Shown piece after piece: positions 11,165 through 21,244 of a stretch of 64,000 nucleotides of DNA (the first letter of the stretch is position 1; every line of letters begins with the position of its first letter). The stretch is from a virus, in IMG/VR virus record IMGVR_UViG_3300025674_000015. One strand, 5' to 3'. Both the position numbers and the translations under genes were made by a program. The notes below the pieces were generated by a model. The model made no database searches. It saw nothing but the letters and a program-made list of their open reading frames with translations, and was not told where the DNA came from.

Positions 11165-14100
11165 ATTCGCCCACATCGCAGATACCCACATTAAAAACCT
11201 TAAATATCACTATGAATATGATCTAGTTTTCAAGCAACTTTACAAAGAATTGAAAAGAGAAAAGCCAGATTATATTATCCACTGTGGCGATATTGCTCAT
11301 ACCAAAACTCAAATCTCACCAGAATTTGTTGAAATCTGCTCTGATTTCTTTAAGAACTTGGCAGCAATTGCGCCAACTTACATTATCTTGGGGAACCACG
11401 ATGGAAACCTACGCAATAAAAGCCGTCAGGATGCCATTTCTCCCATTGTAGATGCCCTAGGTATAGCTAACCTCCATTTGATCAAGAACGCGGCTAAAAT
11501 AAGGCTTCCAGAGCCTTTTACGCTGAATGTATTGAGTATCTTTGACGAAGACAATTGGGATCTAACACAAGATCCAGATCGCATCAACATTGCTCTTTAC
11601 CATGGAGCAGTCAAAGGGTCAAAAACAGATGTTGGATATGTTATTGAACATGGCGATGTTGAGATCAAAGATCTTAAAAAGTTTGATTATGGTTTTTTGG
11701 GAGACATTCACAAGACAAATCAGAAGATCGATCGCAAAGGAAAGATCAGATATGCCGGATCGACGGTGCAACAGAACTTTGGTGAGACAGATGACAAGGG
11801 CTTTTTGATTTGGGAGATTGAAGATAAGGACAAGTTCTCTGTTCGGCATATTCTTTTGGAAAACCCAAAGCCTTTTGTTACAATTAAGCTAACAAAGAAA
11901 GGCAAAATTCCAAAATCAGCCAAGCCAAAGCCCGGATCTAGGATTAGACTAGTGTCTGAAAGTAATATTACACTTGACGTTCTTAAGAAAGCCATGGAAG
12001 ATGCAAAGATCAATTTCAAACCAGAATCGATTACACATCTTAACAAGGCCGATCTAATTGAGAAGAGCGTTACACTAGAGGATGATCAGGTAGAGAACCT
12101 TCGCGATGTTGAAGTCCAGAAAAAGCTTATGAAAGAATATCTGGAAGATTTTGAAGTTGAAGATGATGTTATGGAAAAGGTTATTGAGCTTAATGCAAAA
12201 TACAATTCCCTTGTTGATGCAAAAGAAGATCAGCTTCGAAATCTAAATTGGAAGATGAAGTCTATGGAATGGGAAAACCTTTTCAATTATGGGGGAGATA
12301 ACTCTTTGGACTTTAAAAAGTTAAAAGGTATTGTTGGAATCTTTGGAAAGAATTATTCCGGGAAGTCCAGCATTATTGATTCTTTTCTTCTTGGAGCTTT
12401 TAATACAACTTCAAAGCCGGCAAAAAAGAATATTTCTTTTGTTAACCAAAACAAAGAAGAAGCCAGTGTTGAGCTTAAGTTTGACATTGGGAAGGAAGAA
12501 TATACAATCTCTAGAAGTATCGAGAAATATGTTAAAAAGCTGAAAGGAAAAACAACAGACGAAGCCAGAGTAAACGTTGAGTTTTCTAGCTATGACAAAG
12601 TGGCGAAGAAGACGACAGAACTGAATGGAAACACAAGAGCAGAGACAGATAGAAACATTCGCAAATACATTGGTTCTATTGAAGACTTTTTGATTACATC
12701 GATGTCAGCACAGCATGGGGCGTTGCAATTTGTTAATGAAGGCTCGACAAAGCGAAAAGAGATTCTAGCAAAGTTTTTGGATTTGGTTTTCTTTGAAGAT
12801 AAGTTTAAAGCCGCAAAAGAAGACTCCAGAGATCTCAAGGCTTTGATCAAAAAAGAAGAAGAAAGAGACTTTAAAGATGAGATCTTTCAACAAGAAAGCG
12901 CTCTAATCTACAATCAGCTTGATCTAGACGAGAAGAAACAATGTTGCGATAGACTCAGTGATGAAAAGAAAGAAATGGAAAAAGAACTTTCTCTTTTGGG
13001 ATTTAAGATAAAGTCAGTCCCAGCGAAGATCATCGATGTTAAAAAGTGTAAGAAAGAATTGAAAAGATCTTTGGAAATACTGGAAACTTTGAAAGAGTCA
13101 CAGAAAGAAAAAGAATCCATCAAGAAAGAAAAAGAAGAGCATCTAGAAAAGATCAAGAACTTTCTTTCTGATTTCAACCCTGATGAGTATTATGAATCAT
13201 ACGAACTTGGAAAAGAAAAAGCAAAAGAAATCAAATTGATTTTGAATAAAATCCAACAAGAAGAGATCAAAAAGAAAATGGAAAAGAAAAAGATCTCTCT
13301 TTTGGATCAAGTTCCATGTGGAGATCAATTCAAAACTTGTAAATTTATCAAGGATGCTTTTAGGGCAAAGACAACAGTTTCTGAATTGGAACTTGCTCTC
13401 AAAGGTTTGGAAAAGAAAAAAGAAGAAGCAGAGGAGTACATATCCAGCGAAGAATATAAAAAAGCAGAGGAGTATGTTCAAAATTACGAAAAGCTGGTTC
13501 AGAAAAAGAATTCTGTTTCTTCCGATCTTTTGAAAATCAAAAACAAAGTTTTGGAAAATCAAACAAAGATAACTTCAACAGAATCGATCATCGAAGACTT
13601 GAAGGCAGATATCAAAGAATACGAAGAAAACAAAGAGGCAATTGAAAACTTGGAAGCTTTGATAAAACAAGAAAACAAAATGAAAAAAGACCTTAAACAA
13701 AAAGAAAATGAATACAATACATGCGAAGCAGAATACATTCACCTTCATACTGTCAAAGGTCAGATCGAACAAAGATTGGATTCTGTTAAGAAAGAATCAG
13801 AAGAGTATGAAGAAAACAAAAAGAAGTTTGCAGCATATCATCTTTTCATGACTTGCTATCATACTTCCGGAATCTCATATGAAATTATCAAAAAGAGACT
13901 TCCAAAGATCAACGAAGAGATCCAAAAGATTCTAACAGGAATTGTTGACTTTGATGTTTTCTTTGAAACAGAGGAAAAAAAGCTGAACATCTACATTCAA
14001 CATTTGGGTTATGATGCAAGACCTTTGGAGTTGGGCTCCGGAGCAGAAAAGTCTATAGCAGCCATGGCGATAAGGCTAGCTCTTTTGAATATATCATCTT

Positions 14101-14306
14101 TGCCAAAAAGCGATATTTTTATTCTAGATGAGCCGGGAACAGCTTTGGATGAAAGCAATTTGGAAGGATTTACAAGAATCCTTCAGATGATCAAAAACTA
14201 TTTCAAAACTGTTTTGCTTATAAGTCATATGGACTCTCTTAAGGACGTTGTTGATTTAACAATTGACATCGACAAAGTTGATGGATATGCAAAGGTAAAT
14301 CAATGA
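11157..14306 (+). CDS. Fused SbcD/Mre11 nuclease plus SbcC/Rad50 ATPase (T4 gp47-gp46-like fusion)
   Basis: HIADTH, HCGD, GNHD, GDIH phosphoesterase motifs; Walker A GKNYSGKSS; long coiled coil with central Cys pair; LGSGAE signature; Walker B ILDEP; ISH switch; ATG after AGGAG at 11157. Confidence 0.9.
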   Translation: MTKFAHIADTHIKNLKYHYEYDLVFKQLYKELKREKPDYIIHCGDIAHTKTQISPEFVEICSDFFKNLAAIAPTYIILGNHDGNLRNKSRQDAISPIVDALGIANLHLIKNAAKIRLPEPFTLNVLSIFDEDNWDLTQDPDRINIALYHGAVKGSKTDVGYVIEHGDVEIKDLKKFDYGFLGDIHKTNQKIDRKGKIRYAGSTVQQNFGETDDKGFLIWEIEDKDKFSVRHILLENPKPFVTIKLTKKGKIPKSAKPKPGSRIRLVSESNITLDVLKKAMEDAKINFKPESITHLNKADLIEKSVTLEDDQVENLRDVEVQKKLMKEYLEDFEVEDDVMEKVIELNAKYNSLVDAKEDQLRNLNWKMKSMEWENLFNYGGDNSLDFKKLKGIVGIFGKNYSGKSSIIDSFLLGAFNTTSKPAKKNISFVNQNKEEASVELKFDIGKEEYTISRSIEKYVKKLKGKTTDEARVNVEFSSYDKVAKKTTELNGNTRAETDRNIRKYIGSIEDFLITSMSAQHGALQFVNEGSTKRKEILAKFLDLVFFEDKFKAAKEDSRDLKALIKKEEERDFKDEIFQQESALIYNQLDLDEKKQCCDRLSDEKKEMEKELSLLGFKIKSVPAKIIDVKKCKKELKRSLEILETLKESQKEKESIKKEKEEHLEKIKNFLSDFNPDEYYESYELGKEKAKEIKLILNKIQQEEIKKKMEKKKISLLDQVPCGDQFKTCKFIKDAFRAKTTVSELELALKGLEKKKEEAEEYISSEEYKKAEEYVQNYEKLVQKKNSVSSDLLKIKNKVLENQTKITSTESIIEDLKADIKEYEENKEAIENLEALIKQENKMKKDLKQKENEYNTCEAEYIHLHTVKGQIEQRLDSVKKESEEYEENKKKFAAYHLFMTCYHTSGISYEIIKKRLPKINEEIQKILTGIVDFDVFFETEEKKLNIYIQHLGYDARPLELGSGAEKSIAAMAIRLALLNISSLPKSDIFILDEPGTALDESNLEGFTRILQMIKNYFKTVLLISHMDSLKDVVDLTIDIDKVDGYAKVNQ

Positions 14307-14313
14307 AAGACAC

Positions 14314-14320
14314 CTAATTA
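14314..14320 (+). promoter_or_regulatory. Putative late promoter (CTAATTA)
   Basis: Variant of the recurring CTA(T/A/G)TTA motif, 28 nt before the accessory block. Confidence 0.45.
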
Positions 14321-14347
14321 TATATAAATTATAAAAGGTGTCCATTC

Positions 14348-14773
14348 ATGATAAAAGTCAAATTCCGCAGAAAACTTACCATTTTAGAAGACAAGAAGGC
14401 TTGTCCCCCTGCCACACAAGATTTAAAACTCAACACTAAAAATAGAAACTCTGCAATCAAAGCAGAACACATTCAGTACGGCCCTTTGAACCTTTCTGAT
14501 GAGGAATACTGGGAAAGAGCCGCAGAACATTGGAAAACAACACCAGAGGTTGCTAAGAAGTCTAAATGCGGCAATTGTGTTGCTTTTGATATTTCTCCAA
14601 GAATGGATGAGTGTATGCCGGGACCAGTTTCTGACGAAGACGGTCGTTTAGGTTATTGCTGGATGCATCACTTTAAATGTCATAGCGCCAGAACATGCTT
14701 TACTTGGGCCGCTGGTGGGCCGATCAAAGAAGATAGAGTGTCTATGGAGTGGCAGAAAAAGGGCGAAAAATAA
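14348..14773 (+). CDS. Cys/His-rich hypothetical protein
   Basis: CPP, CGNC, GYCWMHHFKCHSARTC; leader ends in ILE. Confidence 0.65.
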   Translation: MIKVKFRRKLTILEDKKACPPATQDLKLNTKNRNSAIKAEHIQYGPLNLSDEEYWERAAEHWKTTPEVAKKSKCGNCVAFDISPRMDECMPGPVSDEDGRLGYCWMHHFKCHSARTCFTWAAGGPIKEDRVSMEWQKKGEK

Positions 14774-16242
14774 TGCCTTATAAGATAAGAAAGATAAAGT
14801 GCAAAAAAGCAGATGGCTCTTCTGGAACTCATGTTGCTTATAAGAAGAGCGGCAAGCGTGTCGGTTGCACAGACGATCCGGAAGACTACAAAAAAGCCTT
14901 GTATGCTGCCGAACTAAACGAGCAAGAAGAGAACGAAGAAGCCATCATAAAAGATGTAGAAGATGAAGTCTTCTTACATTTTACAACGCGAGAAAGAGCC
15001 GAGAAGATAAAAGACATGAAAATGCTTTTAAAGTCTCCGCAAGATGTTCAAAAGTTTGGAACGGATACCATTGATGCAGTTTCTTTGATATGGGGAGAGT
15101 TTGTCCCAACAGTTCAAGTTAACCACATACTTGGTGAGGATATTGTAGCAGTCAAGTTCAGAACGCATCATCCACCTAAGTATGGTTTTGTCGAAGAAGT
15201 TAAATGGGATCAAGAAGAACTTCCAATATATGATATTGATATCATATCTTTTGAAGAGGCTGAAAGAGCATTGAAAAACACATCAGAAAAATATGATGAT
15301 ATGCAACAAATATTGTACAAGGAATCCAACATGAGAAAGCTTAAATTAAAAGATCCTTTGCCAAACTCTAAATACCAAAAAAAGGTTCGCAAAGGCCACA
15401 AAAAGAAAAAGAAAGAACTGATCGGATCAGGTGATGGCCCTGAGTCTTCTCCTTTCACTCAAGATCCTCCCTTTGAAAGATCAAAGTCTGCCCCTCCTTT
15501 AGGTGAAGGTAAAAAGAAAAAGAAGAAAAAAAGAAAAGTTAAAGTTAAAAAGAAATCAAAAGGTAAAGACGATCGTTGCACTCGTATTGCAAAAAGAAAA
15601 TATGATGTGTGGCCCTCTGCCTACGCTAGCGGCGCTGTTGTTAAATGTCGCCAAGGAAAGATTTGGAAAGGTATCACAGAAGAGCTTGATAAAAAAGAAA
15701 AAAGCGAAATTAAAAAGATTCAAAAAGAACTTGGGAATGCATCAGAGTCCCACAAAAAACTAGCGGATATCATGTCAGAATTGGAAGATGAGCTTGATGC
15801 ATTGGAAGATAAGTTTGAAGTTGAATTGGAAAAAGCCGCAGAAAAAATGAAAGCCGGCTCTAAAGCTCATGCAGACCAAGTTAAAAGATTGGACAAAATC
15901 ATTCAAGAAGAGGTTGAAGCCTTTTTGATGATGGAAAAGAAAAAAAAGAAAAAGAAAGCTAAAAAAAAAGTAAAAACTGACTTTTCCAAAGAAAAAGATA
16001 AAGGTCTCCATGGTTGGTTTGAAAGGCAAGGCGGCAAAGGAAAAAGCAAAGGTTGGGTTGATTGCAACACATGTCGGAAAGATAAAAAGACCGGAAAGAA
16101 AACTTGCAAAACTTGTGGAAGGCAAGAGGGTGAAAAAAGAGCAAAATATCCATCTTGTCGTCCAACACCGGCTGCTTGTGGAAGCAAGGGTAAAGGAAAG
16201 TCTTGGGGTAAGAAATCTGCTAAAAAGGGAAAGAAAAAATGA
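14773..16242 (+). CDS. Modular Lys-rich protein (possible ADP-ribosyltransferase-like module plus Cys-rich modules)
   Basis: ATG overlapping upstream TAA; LHFTT...EEV module; WPSAYASGAVVKCR and WVDC...CGR...YPSCRP modules. Confidence 0.6.
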   Translation: MPYKIRKIKCKKADGSSGTHVAYKKSGKRVGCTDDPEDYKKALYAAELNEQEENEEAIIKDVEDEVFLHFTTRERAEKIKDMKMLLKSPQDVQKFGTDTIDAVSLIWGEFVPTVQVNHILGEDIVAVKFRTHHPPKYGFVEEVKWDQEELPIYDIDIISFEEAERALKNTSEKYDDMQQILYKESNMRKLKLKDPLPNSKYQKKVRKGHKKKKKELIGSGDGPESSPFTQDPPFERSKSAPPLGEGKKKKKKKRKVKVKKKSKGKDDRCTRIAKRKYDVWPSAYASGAVVKCRQGKIWKGITEELDKKEKSEIKKIQKELGNASESHKKLADIMSELEDELDALEDKFEVELEKAAEKMKAGSKAHADQVKRLDKIIQEEVEAFLMMEKKKKKKKAKKKVKTDFSKEKDKGLHGWFERQGGKGKSKGWVDCNTCRKDKKTGKKTCKTCGRQEGEKRAKYPSCRPTPAACGSKGKGKSWGKKSAKKGKKK

Positions 16243-16934
16243 ATATTTCTAAAAAAAGAATCAAACAAATTATCAAAGAAGAATTAGAAGTTGTTTTGAG
16301 CGATCAAGAGGTTAAAGAGTTTTTTGGAGTAGATCCAAGTAATTTGAAAAAATCCTTGAACTCTGAAGTAGACAAAAGAATTGATATGCTAGAAGGTCAA
16401 TTGTCTGAAGGCATGAGATATCATATCAAAAACAACATTCCAGTTGATAAGAATATTTATCGCTTGAATTCTAAAAACTTCTTTTCTCTTTTTCGAGAAG
16501 CTAGAAGCTTGTACAAAAAAGATTTGGTGGTCTTATCAGAAAGTGAAAAGTATTATATCTCTGAAACTGACATTGGAGAGTTTGGAAGATATGGAAATAC
16601 AATGGTTCCTTTGGACTTCCCCATGGTTGAGGGCGAATCGATTTTGGAAGCAAAATACAAAGGAAAGAAAGTAACTTTAAACAGACCGCAAAGAGGCGGT
16701 TCTAAAAAGTTTTATGTTTATGTTAGAGATCCAAAGTCTGGAAACATTCGTAAAGTTTCGTTTGGCTCCAAAGGAATGTCTGTCAAGGTCGCTAGCCCGG
16801 AAAGAAGAAAGTCTTTCGCAGCACGACACAAATGCAAGGAAAAGAAAGACAAAACAAAAGCAGGATACTGGGCATGTCGCGTAGGGCGCTATCCACACTT
16901 GACCGGCTCTAAGTCTAGATTTACTTGGTGGTAG
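16239..16934 (+). CDS. Basic hypothetical protein with leader MNISKKRIKQIIKEEL (DUF6321-like C-terminus)
   Basis: KKFYVYV...KVSFG...RRKSFAARHKC...AGYWAC C-terminal module. Confidence 0.6.
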   Translation: MNISKKRIKQIIKEELEVVLSDQEVKEFFGVDPSNLKKSLNSEVDKRIDMLEGQLSEGMRYHIKNNIPVDKNIYRLNSKNFFSLFREARSLYKKDLVVLSESEKYYISETDIGEFGRYGNTMVPLDFPMVEGESILEAKYKGKKVTLNRPQRGGSKKFYVYVRDPKSGNIRKVSFGSKGMSVKVASPERRKSFAARHKCKEKKDKTKAGYWACRVGRYPHLTGSKSRFTWW

Positions 16935-16935
16935 T

Positions 16936-17214
16936 ATGGAATTTCCTTTCAAAGAAAAGAAACTAGAAGATAATATTGTGATCAGAGAGTTTAAAGAGGA
17001 TGTTGACTCTGAAGAACTTGTTTGGCATAGAGATAGAGAAAATAGAGAAGTTACAATTTTGCAATCTTCTGGTTGGCAACTTCAAATGGATAATGAAGTA
17101 CCAAAAGATTTACAAGAAGGAAAGACATATTATATTCCAGCCTTTGTTTACCACAGGGTGATTAAGGGTAGTGGCGATCTTATTGTTAAAATAAAAAAGG
17201 AGCTAATAAAATGA
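16936..17214 (+). CDS. Small cupin-like protein
   Basis: LVWHRD ... YIPAFVYHRVIKG cupin-type His motifs. Confidence 0.5.
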   Translation: MEFPFKEKKLEDNIVIREFKEDVDSEELVWHRDRENREVTILQSSGWQLQMDNEVPKDLQEGKTYYIPAFVYHRVIKGSGDLIVKIKKELIK

Positions 17215-18236
17215 AATTAATAATGGAAAATTGGAGAAAGTTTGTTTTAAAAGAAAACGCCGGAGATTGGTATGACTCTGAGGATAACGATTATCCAGCA
17301 GCAAGTCCACCTGAGTATGCATCAGGTCTTCAAAGTAAAGAAGTTATTTCTTTGAAGAAGGGTGATGTATATAAAAAGGAAGGCAACACGCATGGCTTGA
17401 CTAGTCATAATATTAAACATTTAATGGAAATAAACCAAGATGTTGTGTATACACATATCAATGCAGCGATTGAGCATATTAAAGACGAAGGTATGCCAGT
17501 TTATAAGTCAGAGGCTAATGGTGCCAGCACTACTAAAGAAATCAATCCGGACCAAATCACAAGGGGTCAAGTGTTAAACATGTTTGATTTGATCAACGAT
17601 AAGATGTTTCAGGGTCCTAACTTGAGCCCAGAAGAGGAAACTATTTTTAAAAACTTTATCGAACCAATGAATAAGGTCTACCATAATCAAATACTTTTTA
17701 CAATTGTACGCAAAGCCCAAGACATTTCTGACAAAAAAGTCGACTCTTACGATGATTTGAAAAAGATTCTAGAAGAAAGGCCAACTGTAAAAGTAAAGGG
17801 GACTTATTCAGGGAGAGATAACACTTATTATGTAAATACACAGAATTCAGTGGTGGTGTCACAATTGCAAAGCGGCAAATATGCAACACTCTTCAAGTCA
17901 GTTAAAAGAAAAGATGACAAAATCTCTTTACAACAAGCGATTAAACAGTTTGGAACTAATAAAGGTAGTCAAGCAACTGACGAATATAGTCTTTTTAGGC
18001 AATATGTTGATCAATTGAATGCTGCTGTACAGCCACAACCGAAAAAGAAAAAGAAACAACAAAACAATCAAGGCAAGCTCAGTGTAATGGACTTTGCTAT
18101 GGAAAAGCTTAAAATAGGTCTGCCGGAAGAAAAAGTAGTCGAAATCATAATGAAAGCGCATAACAAGCCAGAACACGCCGCGAAAGGGATCGTTGCTGGC
18201 GCTAAAAAAAGAATGAAAACTCAAGAAGGACAATAA
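17211..18236 (+). CDS. Hypothetical protein with leader MKLIMENWRKF
   Basis: 341 aa, AGGAG RBS, shared leader. Confidence 0.7.
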   Translation: MKLIMENWRKFVLKENAGDWYDSEDNDYPAASPPEYASGLQSKEVISLKKGDVYKKEGNTHGLTSHNIKHLMEINQDVVYTHINAAIEHIKDEGMPVYKSEANGASTTKEINPDQITRGQVLNMFDLINDKMFQGPNLSPEEETIFKNFIEPMNKVYHNQILFTIVRKAQDISDKKVDSYDDLKKILEERPTVKVKGTYSGRDNTYYVNTQNSVVVSQLQSGKYATLFKSVKRKDDKISLQQAIKQFGTNKGSQATDEYSLFRQYVDQLNAAVQPQPKKKKKQQNNQGKLSVMDFAMEKLKIGLPEEKVVEIIMKAHNKPEHAAKGIVAGAKKRMKTQEGQ

Positions 18237-18238
18237 TT

Positions 18239-20071
18239 ATGAAATTAATCATGGAAAACTTTCGTAAAGCAATGAAAGAATTCAAAGAAAGAGAAGCCGG
18301 CGTTATGTCGTATGATTCTTCTTTGGGCGGTTTTCGAGCTTCAGCAGAAGACATCTCAAAAATTAACGCTGCAATTGAAAAGATTTATACTGCTTTTGCA
18401 AAACTTACCGGCGGAGATATTGTTGACATTCCAACGTTGAATCCCGAAGCTTTATCTTCGGGTCAAGAAACTTTATCAGAAAATGTCGAGCTAGATCAAA
18501 AGTGGTCTGAATTGGAAGGGAAATTCTCTGAAGAACAGAAGAGAAACCTTTTCCTTCGATTTAAAGTCAATTCATGGGAAGAGCTGTCTGATGCGCAAAA
18601 AGAATTGGTGTTGGATCGATACAAATACTTTACTCCGGATAATCAACTTAAGCAGAAAATCGGAGCAGTCAGAGGCGTAGAAAAAGGTCTGGGAGGTATG
18701 ACTCCGGAAGATTTTGAAAAAGGGGAGTATGTTATTCCGGTTTCTAAAGAAGTTCTAGATGATTTTCAAACCATGGTTAATGAACTGAAAGAAGGCGGTG
18801 AAGTCGATAGCCTCTTTGAAAAGGCTAGAGATTGGTATCATAAAATTAGAGATCTCCTCGATGAAGAGACTGGAAACGATCAAGACGCTACTTTGCTTGG
18901 TCTTCTTATTGCGACATATAGCCCCAGAGCAAAATTTGCCTTGAACTTAGCTGAAGCTGCTTTTATGTTTAAAGCAGTTGAAATGGACGCAAAAGACAAC
19001 AAAGAACTTTTGAGAGAATATATTAACATCTTTCCGGGCGGTAAAAAGAAAGAACAGGGAGAGTTTCGAGGGTTTACGAACGCACACAAAGTTCCAAACT
19101 TTACTCTAAACCTGATCGCTCCAGATTTGGCCGGAGGCCGTGATGAGCAAGGAAGAATCAACTACAAAGAGCTTTACATGTGGAACTCTACAATCGACAC
19201 TTGGATGATTGATGCTTTTTATCCAAATGTCAAAGGTGTCACAACAGCAAAAGAATGGGAAACAATCAAAGGCAAGATGATGGGCAATGTTGTTAATTAT
19301 CGATACATGGCCGGACTAGTCGCACAGGAAGCGAAAAAGCTGGGTCTCTTACCTCACGAACTTCAAGCTATTGTATGGGTTGCTTCTCAAATCAGAAAGA
19401 CTGGAGAGAAAGGCCTTGGTGTTACTACTGAATTTGCAATCAACCAAATTAAACAATCCATTGTCAACCTAGAGAAGATTAAACAACAATTCAATGAAGA
19501 GGAAAGGATTAACAAGAAATTGGTCGGCCCTTATCTTGAAGAGTTGGATATGGACAAAGAATATACAGAACAGTTTGGAGATCAAAGCTGGCTTAAAGTT
19601 ATTTTGGATAAAATTGAATCAGATGGTTTTGATGTTGCTGCTGATTATATCTTGGGAATTAAAAAGGAAAAGAGTACTGTTGTTCCCGGTGTGCGCTCTA
19701 TCACAGCCTCCGGCCCGAAAGGGGAAGTTGATGCCGGCTTTCCCAATCCACCTCCCAAACCAAAAGCAGAAAAGGGAGCAAAAAAGAAAGATAAAAAAGA
19801 GAAAGTGGAGAAGCCACTTGAAGAATATCAAAATGCAGATAAATACGGAGAACTTAAAACATTTGAAGTCATGAATAATGTTATTCAAATGCCGACCGGA
19901 AAGTTCAACAACCTTCACGACTCAATTCTTATGTACTTGAGCGATGACTTCTCTAAAGAAAAGGCTGTTGATTATATTCTGGGCAGGTTCGACCCTCAAG
20001 CAACATCTTCCAAAGATTATTTCATCAAAGAAAGCAAAAGAAGATTTGTTGTAAGGATTTTGAGATCATGA
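18239..20071 (+). CDS. Hypothetical protein with leader MKLIMENFRK; central DNA-glycosylase-like (HhH-related) domain suspected
   Basis: RDWY...ATYSP...KVPNF...TIDTWM...ELQAIVW pattern. Confidence 0.55.
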   Translation: MKLIMENFRKAMKEFKEREAGVMSYDSSLGGFRASAEDISKINAAIEKIYTAFAKLTGGDIVDIPTLNPEALSSGQETLSENVELDQKWSELEGKFSEEQKRNLFLRFKVNSWEELSDAQKELVLDRYKYFTPDNQLKQKIGAVRGVEKGLGGMTPEDFEKGEYVIPVSKEVLDDFQTMVNELKEGGEVDSLFEKARDWYHKIRDLLDEETGNDQDATLLGLLIATYSPRAKFALNLAEAAFMFKAVEMDAKDNKELLREYINIFPGGKKKEQGEFRGFTNAHKVPNFTLNLIAPDLAGGRDEQGRINYKELYMWNSTIDTWMIDAFYPNVKGVTTAKEWETIKGKMMGNVVNYRYMAGLVAQEAKKLGLLPHELQAIVWVASQIRKTGEKGLGVTTEFAINQIKQSIVNLEKIKQQFNEEERINKKLVGPYLEELDMDKEYTEQFGDQSWLKVILDKIESDGFDVAADYILGIKKEKSTVVPGVRSITASGPKGEVDAGFPNPPPKPKAEKGAKKKDKKEKVEKPLEEYQNADKYGELKTFEVMNNVIQMPTGKFNNLHDSILMYLSDDFSKEKAVDYILGRFDPQATSSKDYFIKESKRRFVVRILRS

Positions 20072-20784
20072 AGATGGACGAAAAATATCCTCTTCTACCA
20101 CACGACGAAGAGATTTCAGATTGGCAATGGTGCATTAAAAAAGCAATCATTGATATTCACGCCAAAGCAATGCCTTATAAAAGAGGCACTTGGGGTGGCT
20201 CAACCGAAGATATCTATTACGATAAAAGAAGAATCTTGAGAAAAGGTGAAGGAACCTACTGCGTTGGATGCACTTCTGAAATCTTTTTCCGTGCTTGGAA
20301 GGAATTCACAGGAGATTATCTTGAAACACCAGAAGGCAACTTCACAGGTAAAGAAGCTTGGGAAGTTGCAAGAGCCTTTTTCTTTGCTTATAAAGACGAA
20401 GAGATCGACGGAATGCGAACAGACGAATTTGGAGCAATGGGTTGGTTTAAATGGTTGGCAAATAGGCCAGAACGCTTTGATTGGATTGAAACCTTCACAA
20501 CACATGATCCTTATGAGATCAAATTCGGAGATTGGGTTTCAATGCAGTTTGCAGAAGATTATTCATCCGGTCACGCCACAGTTGGATTGGGATTGGACAA
20601 GTACAAAGGCAATGATGTTGTTAACGTTTATTCTTCAACTACTTATTATGACAAAACTTGGATGAAAGAAAAAGGCGTTGAAAATCCTTATCCAACAGGG
20701 AACGGCTTTGATTATTACCGTTTAAACGTAACAAAGAATGGATTTAAAAGAAAGTTCTTTGTTTCAAGATTAGTTCAAAAATAG
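20068..20784 (+). CDS. Putative Cys/His peptidase (NlpC/P60/CHAP-like), endolysin candidate
   Basis: GTYCVG...GD..SMQ...SGHA catalytic-like pair; upstream of holin-like gene. Confidence 0.35.
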   Translation: MKMDEKYPLLPHDEEISDWQWCIKKAIIDIHAKAMPYKRGTWGGSTEDIYYDKRRILRKGEGTYCVGCTSEIFFRAWKEFTGDYLETPEGNFTGKEAWEVARAFFFAYKDEEIDGMRTDEFGAMGWFKWLANRPERFDWIETFTTHDPYEIKFGDWVSMQFAEDYSSGHATVGLGLDKYKGNDVVNVYSSTTYYDKTWMKEKGVENPYPTGNGFDYYRLNVTKNGFKRKFFVSRLVQK

Positions 20785-20793
20785 GAGTTTAAC

Positions 20794-21225
20794 ATGCCTT
20801 ACCCTAAAGAAGTCGGCCTTTGGAGTGTCGGAAGCTATCAAGTTGCTGGAAAACCTTTTTTAACATCTTCAACTGCTCCGGCATCTGGTTCCGCAGTAAC
20901 ACCCTTGAAGATTACTTTTCCCTTTGTCACGAAAAAGCTCGTATTGACAAACAATGAACAAACAGCAAACGAAGATATGCGCCTTGCAATGTCTGCTAGA
21001 GGTGTTCGCGATGAAGTTGGAAATTACTTTGTGGTCCACGCAGAGAAAGATGGGAACGGCTATTTGGAGCTTGACATTAAATGCACAGAAGTCCATTTTA
21101 TGTCAGACGGCTCACATACTGCTGACTTCTCTCTTTATGCCGCTTTAACTGCAATTCCCGTTGAAAGAATTACAAATATTAGCCCAGATGGCACAAACTG
21201 GTCTGGCTCTGCGGGAATTGGATAA
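20794..21225 (+). CDS. Hypothetical protein, probably virion structural
   Basis: AGGAG RBS; predicted beta-rich 143 aa. Confidence 0.55.
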   Translation: MPYPKEVGLWSVGSYQVAGKPFLTSSTAPASGSAVTPLKITFPFVTKKLVLTNNEQTANEDMRLAMSARGVRDEVGNYFVVHAEKDGNGYLELDIKCTEVHFMSDGSHTADFSLYAALTAIPVERITNISPDGTNWSGSAGIG

Positions 21226-21244
21226 ATTAAAATAGGAGTTTAAA

